Positions 38,815 to 50,274 of a DNA stretch of 64,000 nt are shown in pieces; position 1 is the first letter of the stretch, and each line of letters begins with the position of its first letter. Position numbers and translations under genes: made by a program. Below the pieces are notes generated by a model. The model did not search any database and had not been told where the DNA came from. It saw nothing but the letters and a program-made list of their open reading frames with translations. This DNA comes from Somniosus microcephalus (lineage: Eukaryota), in assembly GCA_052327205.1 (NCBI GenBank), contig CM126211.1, positions 29,016,001-29,080,000 of the forward strand, read 5' to 3'.

Positions 38815-39551
38815 TTTCACGGGAGGTATTGCTTCAGTCGTACAAGGTATTGGTGAGACCGCACCTGGAATACTGCGTACAGTTTTGGTGTCCATACTTA
38901 AGAAAGGACATACTTGCTCTCGAGTCAGTACAAAGAAGGTTCACTCGGTTAATCCCGGGGATGGACATACGAGGAGAGGTTGAGTAGATTGGGACTCTAC
39001 TCATTGGAGTTCGGAAGAATGAGAGGCGATCTTATTGAAACATATAAGATTGTGAAGGGGTTGGATCGGGTGGATGTGGGGGAAGATGTTCCCGATGATG
39101 GGTGAAACTAGAACGCGGGGGCATAGTCTTAGAATAAGGGGCTGCTCTTTCAAAACTGAGATGAGGAGGAACTACTTCACTCAGAGGGTGGTAGGTCCAT
39201 GGAATATGCTGCCCCAAAAAACTGTAGAAGCTACATCATTACATAAATTTAAAACAGAAATAGACAGTTTCCTAGAAGTAAAGGGAATTAAGGGTTACGG
39301 GGAGCGGGCAGGAATTTGGACATGAGTCTAGGTTCGGATCGGTCATGGCCCTGTGGGTAGCGGAGCAGGCCCAGGGACCGTGTAGCCTGATCCTGCTCCT
39401 ATTTTGTGTGTCTAATTCTGTTAGATGCAGGAGATGGTTCTGTGATAGTGGATTGGCAGTTAGGATCAGATCAGCCATGATCTTATTGAATGGCGGAGCA
39501 GGCTCGAGGGGCCGATTGGCCTACTCCTGCTCCTATTTCTTATGTTCTTAT
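38815..39551 (+). mobile_element. CR1 LINE 3' fragment with doubled 3' UTR module
   Basis: [11 protein letters not shown]-coding, RRNYFTQRVV, two GGAGCAGGC...TCCTGCTCCTATTT modules. Confidence 0.88.
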
Positions 39552-40439
39552 GCACCAAAGACACTAAATTGTACACTCCATTTACACCACACTTCATTAT
39601 GCAACAATAAACATGTTCTGAAATGAACAGAATGATATAAAAATAAATGCTGAAAATTGGCTAGCAGCACTCTCTGCAGTTAGTCAGTCAAAGCAAAGCC
39701 TACTGAAAAATGAGAATTACAGAAGGTACGACACCAGTATGGTAAACCCAAGCTATTTTCTCCACCTACTGCTGTGATATACAACATCCAGCATTTTCTG
39801 TTGTTATTTCAGATTTCCAGCATCCACAGTATTTTGCTATTGTACTGTGATATACAACATTCGTCACACCATCCCAAACCTTTACCAGCTCCTTTTAGCA
39901 TTAATGGCACAGAAGCCTGTGTTAACCCATTCTCAGGTTTTGTCTCCTTCAGTTGGGTAAATGCCTCATCTCTGCTCTTTTGTGCCTCTCGACTCAATTA
40001 AGATTCTGGATAGCTTTCATTCAGCACAGGCACAATGGGCCAAATGACCTCAATCTGTGCTGCATCATTCTTTGAACCCAATTGGCACGACATCCCATTA
40101 ATCTGTGAGATTTGTTGCGATATCAGGGTACTCCACACCTCTAGTAAGAGTTAGAAAGTAAAACTTTAGCTCTCGCTTCACAATCAACTAGCAAACTCAG
40201 TCTGTTTTTAATAAATATTTTTCGAACTCGTGCACACCAAAGGATTTTCATAGCAGAAGAGAATGTGCTAAGTCAACAACAAATGGACAAGCAGCAATTG
40301 TATGCATGCTGTACGACTTTGAACCGTGGAAAAATCATCAGCGGAACACACCAGTAAATCTGCACCTTCGACATAATAGCAGATTAGAACAACTAATTTC
40401 GTTGTTCCAATCTGACACCGTGCAACAGAAGGACAGGTA

Positions 40440-40800
40440 TCCAAAAGCTTGGTCAAAGAGGTATGTTTTAGAGAGGTGTTTAGGGAGGGGATTCCAGAGC
40501 TTAAGCAGTTGAAGGCACGGTCGTCTATGATGGAGCAATAAAAATTTGGGGATGCACAAGAGGGTAGAATTGGAGGAGCGCAGAGATCTCGGAGGATTGT
40601 TGGGCTAGAGAAAGTTACAGAGATAAGGAGGGATTTGAACACAAGGATCAGAATTTTAAAAATCATGGGTGATGTAGGTCAGTGAGTGCAGGGGTAATGG
40701 GTGAACGGGACTTGGTGCCAGGCAACAGAGTTTTGGATAAGCTCAAGTTTACAGAGGGTGAAAGGCCAGTCAGGATAGCATAGTAATAGTAAGAGTCTGG
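40440..40800 (-). mobile_element. L2-type LINE 3' fragment
   Basis: FKILILVFKSL, KTYLFDQAFG, KLELIQNSVA. Confidence 0.7.
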
Positions 40801-41760
40801 AGGGATCAGCTGGAGGGCTGTTGTACCACAAGTCCCTCGAAAATAAAAACCCCTGTACACAATGCAACAGATTGAGAAAAAGTTGAGGATATCCTAGGAC
40901 ATTTCTGCAGCCTGTGGAGTAATTTTGTGGCATACATCACTATGTCAAAAAGGTTACATAATTTAGGAGACTGGATATCCTTTCTGTGCGATACTTTTAA
41001 ATTGAAATTTTGGGTAGTGCCATCATGTATATAGCAACTAAGTAAGTGATTAAATGAATTTGGTGAATTCACTGAAAAAACTTTCAATCACATAGTATGT
41101 TATATAGTTTGAAAAATGAAGATACACAACATCTCAGGTTACTAGCAACACCGGTCTGTAGCCACCCAGTTGGAGACACAAATATCCTAGCTTCCTGCTT
41201 ATTTATCTACACTACAAGCAAGTACCTCATCAACTGACCTTGTACATACTGTATCATGGGCTGCAAGAACAAATGTACATCCTACCCCTCAATTACACAC
41301 AACTGCACTGTGCCACCAAGCTACTGAATAAAAGCTTCAGGCTGAGAATGCAACCAATGTCAGAAAAACAGCTAGAAATGAGGACGGTTTCAATAAAAGC
41401 AGACACTTTGTGTGCATATGCACGGGAAACTGGTTGAGACTGCTCAAACTTGCGTTACAAAAGGGCCCTTGAGGCTACTCACTCAATTTACGCAAAACCC
41501 TATATTGCCAGAGAGAAGATATTTATCTTGTTAAAAGGACAATATACCTACCCAATGTGCCAAGTTCAATCAGATTTAGTTTTCATTTCAGTTGAATACT
41601 CAAAAGCCAAGATTATAAAAGATTACCCTACAAGTATTCCTTTAAGTGATCACAAACTTAACCAAACAGCAGCATTCAGGACTAACATTTGGATAAAATG
41701 CTGACCCAAGGTGTTTTTAAGTACAAAGCTCAAGACTTATTTACATCTGAATATAACTAC

Positions 41761-41951
41761 CTCTGCTTCTACTCCTGCTTCTGCTCCTGTCCCTGTTTCT
41801 TTCCTTACTCCAACTGCGACTCCGACTCCTACTGTAGCTTCGGCTTCTTCCTCTTCTTCTGTTGTATCTGTCCCTGTATGAATCTCTCCTTGGAGGATAT
41901 CGGTCGTACTCCCTTTTACGAGAACGATCATTTTTTCTGTCATCGCGGTTT
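41761..41951 (-). CDS. RBM26: RBM26 exon 5, RS-rich region
   Basis: ttttag|A AAC CGC GAT ... AGC AGA G|gtagtt; 191 nt; RRDSYRDRYNRRRGRSRSYSRSRSRSWSKER. Confidence 0.92.
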
Positions 41952-42654
41952 CTAAAAGTTAACAGAAACTGTAACATTACTGAATGATTATCTGACTGCT
42001 CTCTTGGCCTTAACTGAAAGCCATGTACTCATTAGGCAACTATTCCAATCTAGCTGATTATGTATTTTTCTAATCCAGCCACAGACTAACATTCTTCCTG
42101 CTGAATAGGAATTCCTTATAGGTTTCAAAACAAATGCTCTGATAGGCTGTTTCAAGGTTAATATATTATGTGGTACACCTAATCAATACAAGATAGTATT
42201 CTCACAGTTAACCATCCTCAGGAATTTGATATTTTTTGGCATCCAATATTTGATAGAATGGTAATATATTAAATTTCCCTCAGATTTACCAGTTCAGTTG
42301 TATGGTAAACGCACAATGTGTACTGAGTCACAGGCAGCAGAAAGTTTCCAGATTTGAGCTAACCTCAGCCAAGGCAGCAGTAGCTACACTGTAATTGGGC
42401 TTATTGTAATCAGGCTTTTGGGAGGGGGGGGGGGGGGGGGGGGTAGAAAGAAGGCATGGTTCGGGGGTGTTATATAAGGGATTCCCCATCCCAATCTAGT
42501 CAGTCACTCCTTTTGGACAGTACCATGGATGCTATCAGACCTGGATTTGATGCCTGCTATGGGGAAATAACCCGACGTTTGCCATTTACACATTAAGAAT
42601 AGCTAGCCGACAAGGTATCCAAGTACTGCTGGTGCTCATGGAATCATACCCATA

Positions 42655-43190
42655 AGTGACCACACCTGGAGTACATTATACAGATTTGGTCTCCTTACCT
42701 AAGGAAGGATATACTTGCCTTAGAGGGAGTGCAACAAAGGTTCACCAGACTGATTCCTGGGATGGGGGGGATTGAGTAGACTAGGTCTATATTCCCTAGA
42801 GTTTAGAAGAATGAGAAGTGATCCCATTGAAAATCATAAAATTCTTAAGGGCTTGACAGATGAGATGCAAGGAGGATGTTCCCCCAGGCTGGGAAGTCTA
42901 GAACTCGGGGTCACAGTCTCAGAATAAGGGGTCGGCCATTTAGGACTGAGATGAGGAGAAATTTCTTCACTCAAAGGTTTGTGAATCTTTGGAATTCTCT
43001 ACCCCAGAGGGCTATGGATGCTCATTCAGTACATTCAAGACAGAAATTGATAGATTTTTGGATATGAAGGGAACCAAGGGATATGGGGATAGTGTGAGAT
43101 GGTGGAATTGAGGTAGAAGATCAGCCATGATCTTATTGAATGGCGGAGCAGGCTTGAAGGGCCAAGTGACCTACTCCTGCTCCTATTTAT
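42655..43190 (+). mobile_element. CR1 LINE 3' fragment
   Basis: RRNFFTQRFVNLWNSLP and CR1 tail. Confidence 0.88.
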
Positions 43191-43887
43191 CTTCACTTAG
43201 CAAAAAAAGGTACGGAGGACTTTTACACCCACATTATAGCGCAACCCCATTCTACCAGCCATCACATTCACGTGAACACGCTCACTAGAAGCAGCGGGGA
43301 CTGTCCTTGTCTCCATTAAAGATAAACCCAGAAATTCCCCCTCTGCCTACATTTCTTGGTATGCTTCAAGTTGTAGAAATGCCACTGCTTCCTCACACAA
43401 TTCTACAATCAATCCTTTGTTATTTGTCCAATAGCATTCTGAACCTCATCGACACCAAGAAGCTTATGTCAACTACATCTGTTCAGTTTCTAATTGGAGT
43501 AGCGCTCCCAGCAGTGACATCTTTGGAACAATGCAAATTTGACACGTGTTAATGGGAATAACCATACGGTGAAAAGTAGAAACTTGTAAAAAGGACAAAC
43601 TCCTCAGAAGTAGGTGGAAAATGATTAATGAATAATGAATAAATAAAAGTTAAAAAGAAAAACAGTCAGTCATTCAAAAACACAGGGCTGATATGTACCC
43701 GACTATAAAAGCATCTTATGAGGATGACTAAAATTTGGATGGATGAAGCTTTTCTAACTCAACATGGTGACACAAGTACTCTTCAAGGACAAGACTAAGA
43801 AATTGCTGACAGCTACTTACGGATTTTTAAAAAAAAAAAAAAAAAAAAAATTTTTTTTAATTACAAACTTTAAAACAGCACATTTAC

Positions 43888-43979
43888 CGGTTATCTCTAT
43901 ATCGTGATCCTGACTGCAGTGGGCTGTGATTCAACCTCCTCGGAAATTTTTTGTCTCGATCATCATCATCTTTACTTCC
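43888..43979 (-). CDS. RBM26: RBM26 exon 4 (GSKDDDDRDKKFPRRLNHSPLQSGSRYRDNR)
   Basis: aatag|GGA AGT ... AAC CG|gtaaat; 92 nt; matches human KKFSRRLNHSP; not in ORF track. Confidence 0.9.
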
Positions 43980-44089
43980 CTATTTTTAAAATGAGAAATT
44001 TACTAATATTAAAGCGGAGCATCAGAAAAAGTTTGCAATTATATAACAACTTCAAAAAGCATCAAGAACTGTAATCATGCTAAACATAC

Positions 44090-44226
44090 CTCTTCTTTTT
44101 TATCCTCCCTTTCCTGCCGTTGTGCAGACTCAGATTTTACATTCACGGATAACAATTGCTCAGACTGAGGTAGATAACTCTTTGCAGTTATAGCTTCAAA
44201 AAGCTTTTCTACAAAAGTATGGGTGT
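44090..44226 (-). CDS. RBM26: RBM26 exon 3 (DTHTFVEKLFEAITAKSYLP...DKKEE)
   Basis: tttacag|AC ACC CAT ... GAA GAG|gtatgt; 137 nt. Confidence 0.93.
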
Positions 44227-44564
44227 CTGTAAAGGAATATAGCATTATTGCAATACAACTAAAGTTAAAAAGTTCTGCAAAATCCAACAATATTTTATTG
44301 CAACTTAAAATGCAAAACAAATGAGCTAGGAGGTTAACAGAGATGATTTTGCACCTTGAATTCAAACTGTTTTCAATGAACTGACAAAATCCACAAGCCA
44401 CTGAACTATTTCTGCCATTTAATTAAGTTTTTAAAGTGTTGATATGTACAATATAGTTTTCCAAGCCAGAGTCAAATTACAAAAAAGTGGAAAAAAAAGC
44501 CAAAACTATATTTCAACTTCAATGACTGTTTAGAAAACTATTAACATGTAAAAAACAGCTAAAG

Positions 44565-45010
44565 TGTCAGGCTTGGCTCAGTCGGCAGCACTCTCGTATC
44601 AGAGTCAAAAGGTCAAGGGTTCAAGTCCCACTCCAGAGATTTGAGCACATAATCCAGGCTGGCACACTCAGTGCAGTACTGAGGGAATACTGGCCTGTCG
44701 GAGGTGCTGTCTCTCCAATGAGATGTTAAACCGAGGCTCTGTCCACTCTCTCAGGTGGACATAAAGGATCCCATGGCACTATTCGAAGAGAAGCAAGGGA
44801 GTTTTTTCCTCCCCCCGGTGTCCTGGCCAATATTTATCTCTCAACCAACATCACTAAAAACAGATTATCTGGTCATTGTCACTTTGCTGTTTGTGGGACC
44901 TTGTGGTGCAAATTGGCTGCCGTGTTTCCTGCATTACAACATTGGCTGTGAAGCGCTTTGGGACATCCAGAGATCGTGGAAGGTGTTACTTAAATGCAAG
45001 TCTTTTTTCC
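44565..45010 (+). mobile_element. tRNA-headed Deu-domain SINE
   Basis: TGGCTCAGTCGG ... GGTTCAAGTCC boxes, same core as the 14.7 kb copy. Confidence 0.8.
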
Positions 45011-45267
45011 TTCTTTCTTTCAAAATGGCTGATTACAGTTCAGCAGTTCCTAAAAATAGCAAATTAAAAAAAAATAACACTGAACCCGGCCAGAACCAGG
45101 GGACACCTCAGTTTAGTCCAGTTTGAATTCAGGGTCCAACTAATTGCAAGGGTCTTAAAATTAAAGAAATTTAGCAGCCTCATCTTGAATTCCTAATTGG
45201 GATGACTCCACAAATGTTTTCATGAGAACAGAGGAGGTTTGACAGAGGTGTTTAAAATTATGAATGT

Positions 45268-45286
45268 AGAGAGAGAGGGAGAGGGG

Positions 45287-45332
<46 letters not shown>

Positions 45333-45342
45333 AGTAGAGAGA
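45268..45342. repeat. (GA)n microsatellite
   Basis: Long GA run, imperfect at both ends. Confidence 0.95.
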
Positions 45343-45439
45343 AACAGATTGCTTCCAGTGGTTGAGCAGTTTAGAATGAGGGGACATAAATCGAAGAATA
45401 ATTGCAAGAGATTTAAGACAGATAGCAGGAAAATCTTAA

Positions 45440-46142
45440 GGGGTAAAGCTTCCACTTTGGGCGCAATCGGGAAATTGTGCCGGTTAGATCACAGTTCAAG
45501 TTTCTGCTAAAAATATATTTGCATAATCACAAACGTAAAATCTTCCATGAACCAGCAGAGTCAGGCAACGTCATAGAACACAATTGTTACTTTTTTCCTT
45601 TCCATTAAGAAGGACTCGTTGATGTATTTAATAGTAACCTGGAGCAGTTTTATTAATACAGCCAGAAGTGGGTTAAAAAATCACAAAAAATAAGCATTTT
45701 TAATAACAGAGTCCAATCCTTTACCTGTAAGTAACCTGATGTAAAATCACTGAAAACGACTTCGAAAAACTACTCAACCATTTACTACTTTCATTGGAGT
45801 ACACTATAGTCAGTTTCTTAGTAAATTCAAGTTTTTGATATGTAAAAACTTCTAAAACGTGCCTACTAGTGCCTGTGCGCCAAGAAAATGAGCGCAGTTT
45901 AAAGAGCCTTCCCATACTAGCGCATAGGAGGAAATTCGCAATGTCAACTTGGGACTGTGACCAGTGTTGTGGTCTAATCCAGGAGTCTAATCCGGGCAAA
46001 TTTAAGCCAACGTAAAAGATCGCAGAAAAGCCGCAGGTGGATTTGGGTGTAACTCAACTTATGTTTCAAATTCCCAATCTTTTGCACTGGTTTGGCTGAT
46101 TACACTTGAATCTGGATGCAAAACTAACAGAAAGTCTACCCC
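45440..46142. mobile_element. Non-autonomous DNA transposon (Harbinger-like ends) inserted in a CR1 fragment
   Basis: Imperfect TIRs GGGGTAAAGCTTCC / AGAAAGTCTACCCC; CR1-like sequence on both sides. Confidence 0.5.
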
Positions 46143-46640
46143 ATGATGTATATATAGGCGGCGGAATGCACTACCAGAGTTTGTGACTGAAGCAGAGACC
46201 ATGTCAACTTTTGATAGATTAGACAGGTGGATGAAGGAAAGGGGGATAAAGACAAGTTAGGCTGAATGGCCTGCTCCAATGTTGTAAATTCTATATAATA
46301 TAAAAAAGCCACGCTTTCAGTGCTGAAGTGCATGCGAGAACATGGTCAGCACATTCGGTTCCCCCCTTGGCCCCCAACAATGTTTCCCTTCCTCCTCTCC
46401 TAAAAGTATTAACATGGGCTACAGCAATATTTATGGGGTTCTGTTGATCCAAAGATCTTTTTCTATCAAATATCATTTTAAGTTGGGCCCTGACCAGGGA
46501 ACCTTCAAGTAAGTGATTCAACAATAGGGAGTCAAGCCACATACTCACTTGTAATATGCACCAGCCTACATACTACTTCATTAGAAAATAGCCATTAGGT
46601 GTAATACTGTAAAACAACAAAAAGAAACTCAAAAGAATTA

Positions 46641-46964
46641 CAGGAAACTCTTTTTTATCCGGCACCGACGGGACCGGCGTGGTGCCGGTTTATCAAAAAG
46701 TCCGGATTACAGAGAGTTATAGTAAAAGATACGAGAGCCCCGTACACAGCAACAAATCCAGGCTTCCCTGTTGCTTAGCAACAGGTACAGGAACCCCGGC
46801 CACAAGATCCAGGCGTCCCTGTTGCTTAGCAACATGTGCAGGAACCCCGGTTACACAGCCACAGATCCAGGAATGGCCACTAATATGAAGTAAAACTTAG
46901 CTGAATTTTGCCGGTTAACAGAAATTTCCGGTTATTTAGGTGCCGGTAAATCGAGAGTTTCCTG
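46641..46964. mobile_element. Tigger/pogo-type MITE
   Basis: TA TSD; TIRs CAGGAAACTCTTTTTTATCCGGCACC / GGTGCCGGTAAATCGAGAGTTTCCTG; internal direct repeat ATCCAGGC-TCCCTGTTGCTTAGCAACA. Confidence 0.85.
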
Positions 46965-47175
46965 TACAAGCAAGTCCACCAACCACATTAAACTTATTTT
47001 TAAATTAGAAATTAAGTTGCCAGCTACTTGCTTAGTCTGTCAACACAGACCTGCTGTCAAGTCAAATACCTGGGGCAGTGAACACATCTGTCTGGCAGTA
47101 GCTAGCTCCTGCATAGCAACAAATTCCCAGACGTCTCACAGATCCGTACAAACATGACTAGAAGTGCAAGAGGAG

Positions 47176-47219
47176 ACCATCAGGCGCCTCAAGCCTAACC
47201 ATCAGGCGCCTCAAGCCTA
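47176..47219. repeat. Tandem duplication, 2 x 22 bp
   Basis: ACCATCAGGCGCCTCAAGCCTA twice. Confidence 0.9.
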
Positions 47220-47584
47220 CCCATCCCAACGCTGTGAAACCATGACTAATCCCCCAGCTATGCAATTACCTGGAACATGCAAATAGCAGAAGAAATCCTG
47301 CAGTAAACTCAAATAGCTCTGGGAAATTCCTTTCCAACTTCTCAAGGCAGTTATGAAGTCGACATACATCTTCAAAACGCATTTACTAACAACTTAGTGC
47401 TTAACAGAACAATTCTGTTTTAGGTACTTAATCTCGGGACCATGTTAGGTAAAACAATCTAGAGATTAGAATAAAGCTCTCTCAATTCCACTCAAATACA
47501 ATGCCTTAAACCCAAGTAAACACACACACATGGGGCAGACCAGGCTGACACTTCTGTGGCCTGTTAATTGGAACATGAATGATC

Positions 47585-48590
47585 TTCTTTTGTATGGGAG
47601 TAGCAAAGCAAAGGTCAGATATCCAGGCCAAAGCTTCTGGTGCAACAGCGTGGATATCTTGTAGGCTGCCTGCGAATTTCCTCCGAGGGCAGTGCTCAAT
47701 GAAGTGCTCCACAGTCGCATGATGGGGATGCTTTAATCTTCCATCTATGGAGAAGGTGGCAGCATCTACCATGACCGGTTCTGAGGAGGTTGATGGTTGT
47801 CCACTGTTGGTGAGGAAGGTTTGATCCTTCAGGTTGTACTGTGGGGTTCTCTATAAGGAATCCATTCCATATGTCACAGTTCTACCAAGCATTTCACCAT
47901 CGGTCATCAAAGCCGAGGGGAGATCGCTGAAGGGCTTCGGCGATGGTCCAAAATGGCCTTCTAGATTTGAGACGGTTTGGTGGTAGATTGTTCAAGTCGG
48001 CCTGTCTTTGCTGGTGTAGTGGTTGTATTCTCTGGAGACTGCATATTCACGGCGTAGGTGTGGTGATGCGATGTGATGTTTGCAAGCACGGGCAGCCAAG
48101 GTGTTGGTGTCAATAAAAGCGTACCGGTGATAATTCTCATAGTAGAATTCAGCTGGACATCAACAGATTTGACATGCAGACTTGATAGCCAGGCCGGAGA
48201 TCAGTACTTTGCTGTAGAGTACACCAGGGCGAGTGTGCCGTACGGAGGGTTTGAGCGTCTGCTCCCCATGTGGTTTCTGGATCAAGTTGACCCTACTCTT
48301 TAGTTTCTTCCCAAGGTTCTGGAGATGCTGTCTATATGAATAGGATGGTTTTTTGGCATGGTTTACCTCTGCGCCGTAAAAGGAGACTTTCAAAGCTTGG
48401 TGTGCTTGATGGGTGTTGAGGTGGAATGTCGAGGTGACGGTCTTTTGCGGGTTTGACCGAAGTCGCCATTGGCGGAAGTAGGCCTCCATCGTCTGTAAAT
48501 CACTGGTGAGGGTCTCCTGGTGATGGACAGATTAATGTTTTGCGTGGCCAAGGCAATGTCATCAGCGTATACGAAAATGGATCGAAGTTG
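47585..48590 (-). mobile_element. Vingi/Ingi-like LINE, 3' part, frameshifted
   Basis: FVYADDIALATQ; YFRQWRLRSNPQKTVTSTFHLN; YRQHLQNLGKKLKSRVNLIQK; C-terminal TVEHFIEHCPRRKFAGSLQDIH...ALAWI. Confidence 0.7.
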
Positions 48591-49079
48591 CCCATAAGCC
48601 ACTTTTGCATCAGGGCTCTTTTAGTTTGGATTCAGAGACCAGCATCAATGAGGCCATGATGGTCACACTGATAAATCCAGCTCCCTTAACCAAGTGACAG
48701 AATCCCTAGAGCCAGCTTTTCTTGGATCTACAATTCTGCCACTGGGGTAAAGGACCCAGCTTTAGCAGCGTGAATGCAGGAAACCGGATCATAGAGTCTG
48801 AACTAAACAAGCATCAATGTAAAAGTGCCTTTACTCACTTAATTTTGGTCAGCACGCATTCTTCTCATCATTCAGAGCTGAATTTGATCCCAGGTTACAG
48901 AAGAAAAGGGATCATGGGCTAACCTTCCTCATTAACCAGCTCCTTCAACAATAGACAACTTAATGTATTTCAAATAGTTAGATACAGAACTACATGAACA
49001 CCTCTGGATACAGTTCACAGCTCCACAAAAGCCAACGCTAGTATTATTGTTTTGGTTAATAAGACATTCTTTACTATAC

Positions 49080-49198
49080 CTTTCTGCAGGAAGACATCTA
49101 ATTGGTCAACGCACAATGCCTTCAACTCCTCCTCAGTTTTATCCTTCTTTACCAAAGCAACGACATATTTAGCAAGCGCGGATGGATCTGCATCACAT
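49080..49198 (-). CDS. RBM26: RBM26 exon 2 (CDADPSALAKYVVALVKKDKTEEELKALCVDQLDVFLQK), PWI domain
   Basis: tttgcag|A TGT GAT ... AAA G|gtatag; 119 nt. Confidence 0.95.
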
Positions 49199-50177
49199 CT
49201 GCAAAGAAACAAAAGCAGAAAAATACTTAAGCCACCAGATTTAATACTAATATACTTTGAACAGAAAATGCGCTGGAATATGTTCAGCATGCTTTTTTTA
49301 AAATGACTGGAAATGTCTAATTTTAAAAATTAAGAAAAATGTTTACATTTTGGAAGAATCATCCATCATAAAGACGTTAGCTTAAAGATTAGATGCTATC
49401 TTTCCCCACTTTCTCCTGGATGACGTAGGTCATTCTTAATAATTTGTAAAAATGTAATTAATTAGCGGGAGCCAAAATAAACCCAATTTTTTTTTTTTTT
49501 TTTTAGGGATTTCAAAATGAGATTTGTTGCCTCTTTCAGTGCAGCACGCAACCTGGTGCACACTGCCACTTCAGTAGGGCAGCTAACTTTAAAGCTGTTG
49601 AGGTTAAAGCAAAAAGACAACAGTCATCGGCATTTTTATTTGCATATACACTTTTGTTATATGGCGACAAGCGCAGGCAGCGCAAGGAGCGCACGTCAAC
49701 CCAAGCACCCCACCCACCCGCCCCTTCAACCACCATCTGCCCCACCTGTGACAGAGACTGTAGGTCCCGCATTGGACTCATCAGTCACCTGCGAACTCAT
49801 TTTTAATGTGGAAGAAAGTCATCCTCGGTTCCGAGGGACTGCCTAAGAAGTATACGGTGACAAGGATGCTATTCAAATTTATATTGGAAACCGCAGCTAA
49901 AGCATTTGCCTACATATCAGTAATCCAATGGCTGTCGTGCTTTGGAACACCCAAGTACATGAAAGGTGCTGTACCAATGCAAGTTTGCTTGCTCTTAAAA
50001 CTTCTCATTCTCCCCTTGTCACAACTAAATGGAGCGCAATTCCATGATAAAATAAAATAGAAGTATTACAAAGACCAAATCAATTAATAATCACAATGTA
50101 GAAAAGGTGCAAATGTGTGTTGATCCGTGTCCAGGTAGTGGTTAAAATAAGCCAGCCTGCAGAATACAAAGTCAAAA

Positions 50178-50273
50178 ACATACATGAAGCTGTGATGTGC
50201 ACAGCGTCACATAAATGAAGGTGTGATGTGCACAGCATCACATACATGAAGGTGTGATGTGCACAGCGGCACA
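50178..50273. repeat. Minisatellite, 3 x 31 bp
   Basis: Unit ACATACATGAAGGTGTGATGTGCACAGCRTC. Confidence 0.9.
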
Positions 50274-50274
50274 A

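Noticed and set aside
44570-44640. tRNA gene (also near 3870, 15150 and 59820)
   Set aside because: A/B boxes continue into SINE bodies; these are SINE heads, not cloverleaf tRNAs.
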